Positions 58,988 through 64,000 of a stretch of DNA of 64,000 nt are shown here, in pieces. The number at the start of each line of letters is the position of its first letter. The stretch's first letter is position 1. Location: the NCBI RefSeq assembly GCF_035525475.1, contig NZ_DATLEC010000208.1, forward strand, positions 14,442 through 78,441. The letters are read 5' to 3'. The notes under the pieces were generated by a model. It did not search any database. It had not been told where the DNA came from and worked only from the letters and a program-made list of their open reading frames with translations. Source of the DNA: Lentzea sp. (GTDB lineage: Bacteria; Actinomycetota; Actinomycetes; Mycobacteriales; Pseudonocardiaceae). Made by a program: the position numbers and the translations under genes.

Positions 58988-59041
58988 CAAGCCTGAACTT
59001 TAACGTCAATGGGCTGCGAGGTCCGCGTCCGACCTACCAGG

Positions 59042-59539
59042 ATGGTGGGCGTGTTGATCCGTCTCGCCCAACCAGCCGAACTGACGTACCTCCAGGAGAT
59101 CGAAAACTCCTCCGGTGAGGCCTTCCGCGACATCGGGATGCCGGAGATCGCCGACGACGCCCCGATGTCCCTGGAGGACCTCGCTGAGCACGAGGTATGG
59201 GTCGCCATAGGAGCGGAAGGCGTGCCCGTGGCGTTCATCGCGATCGGTGACGTCGACGGCGCCACGCACGTCCACCAGGTCAGCGTGCACCCCTCGCACG
59301 CACGCCAGGGGATCGGCGCCGCGCTGATCGAGCACGTGACCCGCGGCGACCGCCCCGTGACGCTGACGACCTTCCGCGACGTGCCGTGGAACGCGCCTTA
59401 TTACGAGCGGCTGGGCTTCCAGACCGTGACCGAGGCCTCACCCGGCCTCGCCGGGATCATGCGCGAGGAGGCCTCACGGGGCCTCGATCCCGCGAGCAGG
59501 GTCGCGATGGTCCTTCTCCCAGCGCAGGTACGAGCCTGA
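59042..59539 (+). CDS. GNAT family acetyltransferase
   Basis: VSVHPSHARQGIG, TLTTFRDVPWNAPYYERLGF. Confidence 0.9.
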   Translation: MVGVLIRLAQPAELTYLQEIENSSGEAFRDIGMPEIADDAPMSLEDLAEHEVWVAIGAEGVPVAFIAIGDVDGATHVHQVSVHPSHARQGIGAALIEHVTRGDRPVTLTTFRDVPWNAPYYERLGFQTVTEASPGLAGIMREEASRGLDPASRVAMVLLPAQVRA

Positions 59540-59944
59540 GGTGAGGGACAGGCTGCTCAGCAGCCACACGAGGACACCCGCGTCGTCGGTCACCCCGATC
59601 ACCGGCAGCAGCTCCGGCACGAAGTCGATCGGCGACACGAGGTAGACCAGCGCCACCGCCCACAGCACCACCTGGCTGCGCGGCAGGTCCGGGTAGGCGC
59701 CACCGCGCCACGCCCTCCACAGCCGTGGCAGGGCCTTCGCGCGCTGGATCGGGTTCCCGACAGGGCCGGGGCCCTTCTGCGCGCGTTTGCGGCGGTTGCG
59801 CAGCACACCCAGGCCCGCGAACACCAGGCCGAGCGGGATCATCACCCACCCGGCGACCGCGGGGCTCAGGCCGCCCAGCGGTGCGTCGCGGAACAGCAGG
59901 ATCAGCAGGCCGGACAGGGAGATGAGCGATCCGAAGACGACCAT
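59474..59944 (-). CDS. YkvA/DUF1232 family membrane protein
   Basis: YLVSPIDFVPELLPVIGVTDD. Confidence 0.85.
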   Translation of the reverse strand: MVVFGSLISLSGLLILLFRDAPLGGLSPAVAGWVMIPLGLVFAGLGVLRNRRKRAQKGPGPVGNPIQRAKALPRLWRAWRGGAYPDLPRSQVVLWAVALVYLVSPIDFVPELLPVIGVTDDAGVLVWLLSSLSLTSGSYLRWEKDHRDPARGIEAP

Positions 59945-59959
59945 CTTGGCTGCGGCTCC

Positions 59960-60364
59960 CTAGCTAGGTTCCTGGAAGAGCATCGTCGGAATGGCCTTGT
60001 GCGGCTGCCTGGGCTGCTGGGGCTCCGGCTCACGCAGCTCGATCACCGGTTCGGGTTCCACGGCGGGGACCTCTTCAACCACCGGTTTGCGCGCTGCCCT
60101 CACCGGCGCCACGTAGGGCTGGTCGAGGGCGGCGCGCGCCTTCGAGATCCAGACCTTCTGCATGCCCTCGTCCTTGCTGCCGGCCGCGGTGGCCGCGAGT
60201 CCGGAAAGGACGCCGCGGACGCGGGGGACCAGCGCCGGATGACGCCGGACCGCGTGCCACACCGCGTGATCATCCGGTAGCCGGGCGGCCACGAGCTGCT
60301 TGACCTGAGCGCGCAGCTCCTCTGTGGACAGATCGAGCCAGCGCTCGACCGCTGACGGGCCCAT
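59960..60364 (-). CDS. Hypothetical protein
   Basis: Coding-like frame between DUF1232 and anti-sigma genes; start uncertain. Confidence 0.55.
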   Translation of the reverse strand: MGPSAVERWLDLSTEELRAQVKQLVAARLPDDHAVWHAVRRHPALVPRVRGVLSGLAATAAGSKDEGMQKVWISKARAALDQPYVAPVRAARKPVVEEVPAVEPEPVIELREPEPQQPRQPHKAIPTMLFQEPS

Positions 60365-60452
60365 GGTCACGTGGAAAGCCTCCCCGAAACGACAACTGCC
60401 CCCACAGGATCTCACGGATCCGATGAGGGCAGTGGGCTGGTGTCGGGAAACG

Positions 60453-61196
60453 TCAGGAGGCGACGGCCTCGAGCAGGGTCTTGCCGTTCTCGTCGACGAT
60501 CCGGAAGGTCGCGATCTCGTGCCAGCGCATGGCCACGTTCGCCTGCAACCGGACGGTCTTGGTGTCACCCGCGACCTTGTCGGGCGCGTACCAGGAGGTG
60601 ACCTGGGCGACGCGGCCCGCGCGTCCCACCGCGACGAGCGATCCCCTGCTGGGGCCGGACATGCCGCTGACCTCGATGTCCATCGAGGTTCCCCAGGGCT
60701 CGTCCGAGGCGGCGATCTTCGTGGAGACGCCGCTGTTGGGGTCCTGCTGCTGCACCTTCATGGAGGCGTCGCTCTTGTTGTTCGCCACGGGCGTCTGCGA
60801 CGTCGTGGTGTTCGAGTTCTGAGGCGAAGCCTGGTTGGAGCCGTCGTCGCCACCACGCACTACCAGCGTCGTCGCGACGATCGTCACCGCCACGATGCCG
60901 GCGGCGGCGGCCGCGACACCCTGGGCGACGAACCAACGCCGGCGCTTCCTGCGTGCGGCCACGGCGTCGAGCATGACCCGGACCGACTTGCCGTCCGGTC
61001 GTTCCGGGGCAGTACCGCGGAGCATTCCGCCCGCGTCGGCCTCGTCGATGAGGTCCGGCACCACCGCGAAGTCGCGCAGGTCAAGAGCACACCGCCGACA
61101 TTCGGTCAGGTGGTTCTCGAACGCCTCCACCTCATCGGCATCGAGGATGCCGAGCACGTAGGCGGCGACGTCGAGGTGATCTGGTGCCGTTGTCAC
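60453..61196 (-). CDS. Zinc-binding anti-sigma factor (zf-HC2, one TM)
   Basis: AAYVLGIL, HLTECRRC (HxxxCxxC), TM helix, extracytoplasmic domain. Confidence 0.9.
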   Translation of the reverse strand: MTTAPDHLDVAAYVLGILDADEVEAFENHLTECRRCALDLRDFAVVPDLIDEADAGGMLRGTAPERPDGKSVRVMLDAVAARRKRRRWFVAQGVAAAAAGIVAVTIVATTLVVRGGDDGSNQASPQNSNTTTSQTPVANNKSDASMKVQQQDPNSGVSTKIAASDEPWGTSMDIEVSGMSGPSRGSLVAVGRAGRVAQVTSWYAPDKVAGDTKTVRLQANVAMRWHEIATFRIVDENGKTLLEAVAS

Positions 61197-61762
61197 CGCG
61201 TCTCTCCCCGATCGTGCAACGCACGCCGCAACGCACGGAGCGCGTAGTACACCCTCGACTTGACCGTTCCCGGTGGCACTCCCAGTGCCGCCGCGGCCTC
61301 ACCGACGGTGCGGTCCCGCAGATATGTTTCGAGAATAGCCTCCCTGTGTTCCTCCGAGAGACCGTTCATCGCCTCCGCCACGACGATCGCCGCGAGGGTG
61401 CGATCCTCTTCGCTTCCGGAAGGCGACTCGTCCGAAGGGGTCAGTTCGAACTCCTGCGGACGGACGCTCCTCTTGCGCCTGTCGTCGATGACCAACCGCC
61501 TTGCCACCGTGAACAACCACGACCGCAAGAGCACGGGGTCGCGCTCGAGTTTCTCGGCGTTCCGCCACGCCCTGACCAGGGTTTCCTGCACGATGTCCTC
61601 GGCCCACTGACGATCGTGGCCCGTCAACCTCATGCAGTGTCCCAGCAGGGCACTGCCGAATTCCTCGTACAGACGACGGATCAACTCTTCCTCGAGGGAT
61701 CCCGGTCTTGGTGATTGCTCGTCTAACTCACGTTGACGTCTATGCCGCGCCACGGGGGACAT
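61193..61762 (-). CDS. ECF sigma-70 factor, SigL-like
   Basis: AEDIVQETLVRAW, WLFTVAR, GTVKSRVYYALRAL; coupled to the anti-sigma gene. Confidence 0.93.
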   Translation of the reverse strand: MSPVARHRRQRELDEQSPRPGSLEEELIRRLYEEFGSALLGHCMRLTGHDRQWAEDIVQETLVRAWRNAEKLERDPVLLRSWLFTVARRLVIDDRRKRSVRPQEFELTPSDESPSGSEEDRTLAAIVVAEAMNGLSEEHREAILETYLRDRTVGEAAAALGVPPGTVKSRVYYALRALRRALHDRGETR

Positions 61763-61816
61763 CCTTGCCCTATCAACCGTCTCAAGTCGAGAGGCAAATA
61801 TTCCTCACGAAGTTCG

Positions 61817-61842
61817 TGAACCGTTGCCGGATCGTGTCCGTA
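61817..61842 (+). promoter_or_regulatory. Putative ECF promoter
   Basis: TGAACC-N16-CGTA upstream of the lipoprotein gene. Confidence 0.65.
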
Positions 61843-61876
61843 CTCCTCGGTACCCGAGCCGAGAAAGGACCAGCCG

Positions 61877-62476
61877 ATGCGACGTGGACAGGCCATCACC
61901 GCCCTGGCGGCACTGGCTCTCAGCCTCACGGCGTGCGGCGGCACCCAGACCCCTCCAGGAGGGGCCGCCACGGGCGGCTTGCAGGCGAAGAACGCTGATC
62001 TGAGCGGATCGATGATGCTCTTCATCTCGAACACCGACCAGATGGGCTGGTTCGTCACCGATGGCGACGGACTCCCGCTCTACCGCTACGACAAGGACGT
62101 TCCCAAGCCGTCCAAGTCCAACTGCGAGGGTGAGTGCGCCAAGGCCTGGAAGCCGGTCCTCGCGGACAAGCCCGCCATGGCGACCGGGGTGGACCCGATC
62201 TCCATGGGCACCGTGACCAGGGCGGACGGCAGCAAGCAGCTGACGATCGCCGGCTGGCCGCAGTACACCTACGCCGAGGACAAGGCCGCCGGTGACATGA
62301 AGGGGCAGGGCAAGGGCGGTGTGTGGTTCGCCACTGCCCCCAACGGCGCCAAGATCACCGGTGGGAAGGCGCAGAACAACAGCAACAAGAGCAGCAGCAC
62401 GCCGAGCACGTCCCCCAGCTCGGGCACCGCCCGGACGCCGCAGTCCGAGCCGCCACCCAGTGCTCCCGGCTACTGA
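61877..62476 (+). CDS. Secreted repeat lipoprotein (COG4315/Lipoprotein_15-like)
   Basis: Lipobox LTAC; LYRYDKD, SNCEGECAKAWKP, RADGSKQ...GWPQYTY..D, GVWF. Confidence 0.88.
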   Translation: MRRGQAITALAALALSLTACGGTQTPPGGAATGGLQAKNADLSGSMMLFISNTDQMGWFVTDGDGLPLYRYDKDVPKPSKSNCEGECAKAWKPVLADKPAMATGVDPISMGTVTRADGSKQLTIAGWPQYTYAEDKAAGDMKGQGKGGVWFATAPNGAKITGGKAQNNSNKSSSTPSTSPSSGTARTPQSEPPPSAPGY

Positions 62477-62537
62477 GCCCCCTGCTCACCCGAATCCCCC
62501 TTGCCGACTTCCCTTGAACAACGAGGACATCAAGACG

Positions 62538-63248
62538 ATGACCAGAGCCCTCGCCACCGTCTTGGCGATGTTGTTCCTCTTCGCCGGACTCACTCCCGCG
62601 GTGCAGGCACAGCCAGCGGACACCGGTGGAGTGCAGGACACCCCCACGGGACCGTTGACCGCGAACGACCGTGATCTGCTGAACAAGGTGCGCCAGGCAG
62701 GCCTGTGGGAGATGCCCATGGGTGAACTCACGGCCACCAAGGCGTCGAACGCGCGGGTCAAGCAGATCGGCAAGATGATCATGCTCGACCACATGATGCT
62801 GGACGCGCTGACGAAGAAGACGGCCGCCCAGTTCGGCCTCACGACGCCCGACGTGCCGAACCCCGCGCAGCAGTCGTGGATGGAGGAGCTGAACGGTCTC
62901 GAAGGAGACGCGTTCGACCAGGCCTTCGTCGCGAGGCTGCGGGCCGCGCACGGCCAGGTCTTCAACTTCATCGCGAAGGTGCGCACGCAGACCCGCAACG
63001 ACGTCATCCGCGGGTTCGCGCAGGCCGGCATCGACGTGGTGATGAAGCACATGACGTTGCTGGAGAGCACGGGCCTCGCGGGCGACTCGTCGTTCGCGGA
63101 ACCCCAGCCCGCCGGCGGCATCATCAACGCGACCCTGGCCTCGAACGAGGGGCCGAACATGTGGGTGATCCTCACGGTCACCGCCGCGGGGGCGGTCCTC
63201 ACGGTTCTCCTGCTCCGAGTGCTCCGCCCGCGACGACCGGTGCGGTGA
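62538..63248 (+). CDS. DUF4142 (ferritin-like) secreted protein with C-terminal TM anchor
   Basis: Signal peptide, KVRQAGLWEMP, DH, FD..FV.RLR.AHG, HM..LE; TM followed by RPRRPVR. Confidence 0.85.
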   Translation: MTRALATVLAMLFLFAGLTPAVQAQPADTGGVQDTPTGPLTANDRDLLNKVRQAGLWEMPMGELTATKASNARVKQIGKMIMLDHMMLDALTKKTAAQFGLTTPDVPNPAQQSWMEELNGLEGDAFDQAFVARLRAAHGQVFNFIAKVRTQTRNDVIRGFAQAGIDVVMKHMTLLESTGLAGDSSFAEPQPAGGIINATLASNEGPNMWVILTVTAAGAVLTVLLLRVLRPRRPVR

Positions 63249-63410
63249 TTGGGCAAGACCTCGTCCGAACAACGGGAAACGGAGGTGGTGTCGCGACGTC
63301 ACAGGCACTCCAACGCGGACCTGTTCCCACCCGCCCGGCCCTGATGTGTCCACTCCTGCACCTGCGGGGCCGGGCGGGTTCCCGCGAGAAGTTCTTTTCC
63401 GGAGGAAGAG

Positions 63411-64000
63411 TTGTTGTCGAGCCAGATTCCGCTCCTGGTGGCCCAGTCGTCCGAGTTCGACGCGGGCGTCAAGAAGATGGCCCAGATCTCCGCCAGGCTG
63501 GCTTACGTCCTGATGTGCGCCACCTTGTCCTGGGGCGTGCTGATCGCGACCGGATGGGCGGAGAAGCTCACCGGCCGTGAAGGGCTGAAGAACGGGCACA
63601 TGGTGCTCGCCTCGCTGGCGATCGCGTTCGGCTGCATCCACGCGTTCGCCTTCACGTTGATCCAGACCGGTACGTTCAGCTTCATCAAGCTCGTCCTGCC
63701 GTTCGTGGACGGCGGTCTCTTCCGGCACGCGCTGGGCATCCTCGGCCTGGAGGTCATGCTCGCGATCGCCGTGCTCGCCTCGATGAGGCACAAGGTCTTC
63801 TACCGCAAGTGGTTGCGGTTCCACCAGACGGCGTACATCGCGGTGACGATCACCGTGGTGCACTCCTGGTTCGGCGCCATCGCGAACGGCAACCTGTCCG
63901 TTCTCTGGCTGGCCGGCCTCACCGTCCTCGTTCCCACCGCGACCCTGGCACTGGCCCGGTTCCTGCCCCCCGAGGTCCTCGTCCGGATCGGCATGCTCGA
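63411..64000 (+). CDS. Ferric reductase-like transmembrane (di-heme b) protein, 3'-truncated by window (absent from ORF track)
   Basis: GGAGG SD before TTG; TM helices with paired His (GHMVLASLAIAFGCIH; WLRFHQTAYIAVTITVVH). Confidence 0.8.
   Translation, partial: MLSSQIPLLVAQSSEFDAGVKKMAQISARLAYVLMCATLSWGVLIATGWAEKLTGREGLKNGHMVLASLAIAFGCIHAFAFTLIQTGTFSFIKLVLPFVDGGLFRHALGILGLEVMLAIAVLASMRHKVFYRKWLRFHQTAYIAVTITVVHSWFGAIANGNLSVLWLAGLTVLVPTATLALARFLPPEVLVRIGML

Noticed and set aside
63281-63344. GGAGG followed by an 18-codon ORF (VSRRHRHSNADLFPPARP) as a leader peptide
   Set aside because: SD-to-start spacing is only about 2 nt.

Overview
High-GC actinomycete chromosomal segment. Gene content and style suggest Pseudonocardiaceae, possibly Lentzea- or Saccharothrix-like (inference only). 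I see about 72 CDS and no rRNA, tRNA, CRISPR array or intact mobile element. Main blocks are: a glycogen-to-trehalose cluster (malQ-glgX-treY-treZ) with csbD and udgX; GABA-type catabolism (permease, ALDH, gabT, PucR); a SnoaL/ScbR-like/ATP-grasp module; stress and storage genes; a LacI-controlled Opp-type ABC importer; an orphan iron-boxed ornithine/lysine N-monooxygenase plus MbtH pair; a GntR-ABC exporter; a glycan/polyester degradation block (DUF1996, CBM32-GH16, GH85, cutinase/PETase-like); a CHASE3 kinase/PP2C/receiver operon; and a SigL-like ECF locus with a ferric-reductase-like gene running off the right edge. The most interesting signals are absent from the ORF track. (1) A promoter-driven, highly structured ~190-nt transcript carries a strong SD and a 12-codon ORF (11710-11935, minus). 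(2) Two small ORFs 40 kb apart share a C-terminal AD[ED]D-x2-3-VRG[YV]D motif. (3) A GAGAGCGCTCTC operator links the ABC importer to the GH16/DUF1996 genes. (4) Strand-asymmetric synonymous T-enrichment tracts occur, one peaking at a REP-like palindrome. (5) Tandem GTCTAG-N5-CTAGAC operators precede an HTH/double zinc-finger gene. All calls come from reading motifs by eye; no database searches were run and start codons are best estimates.
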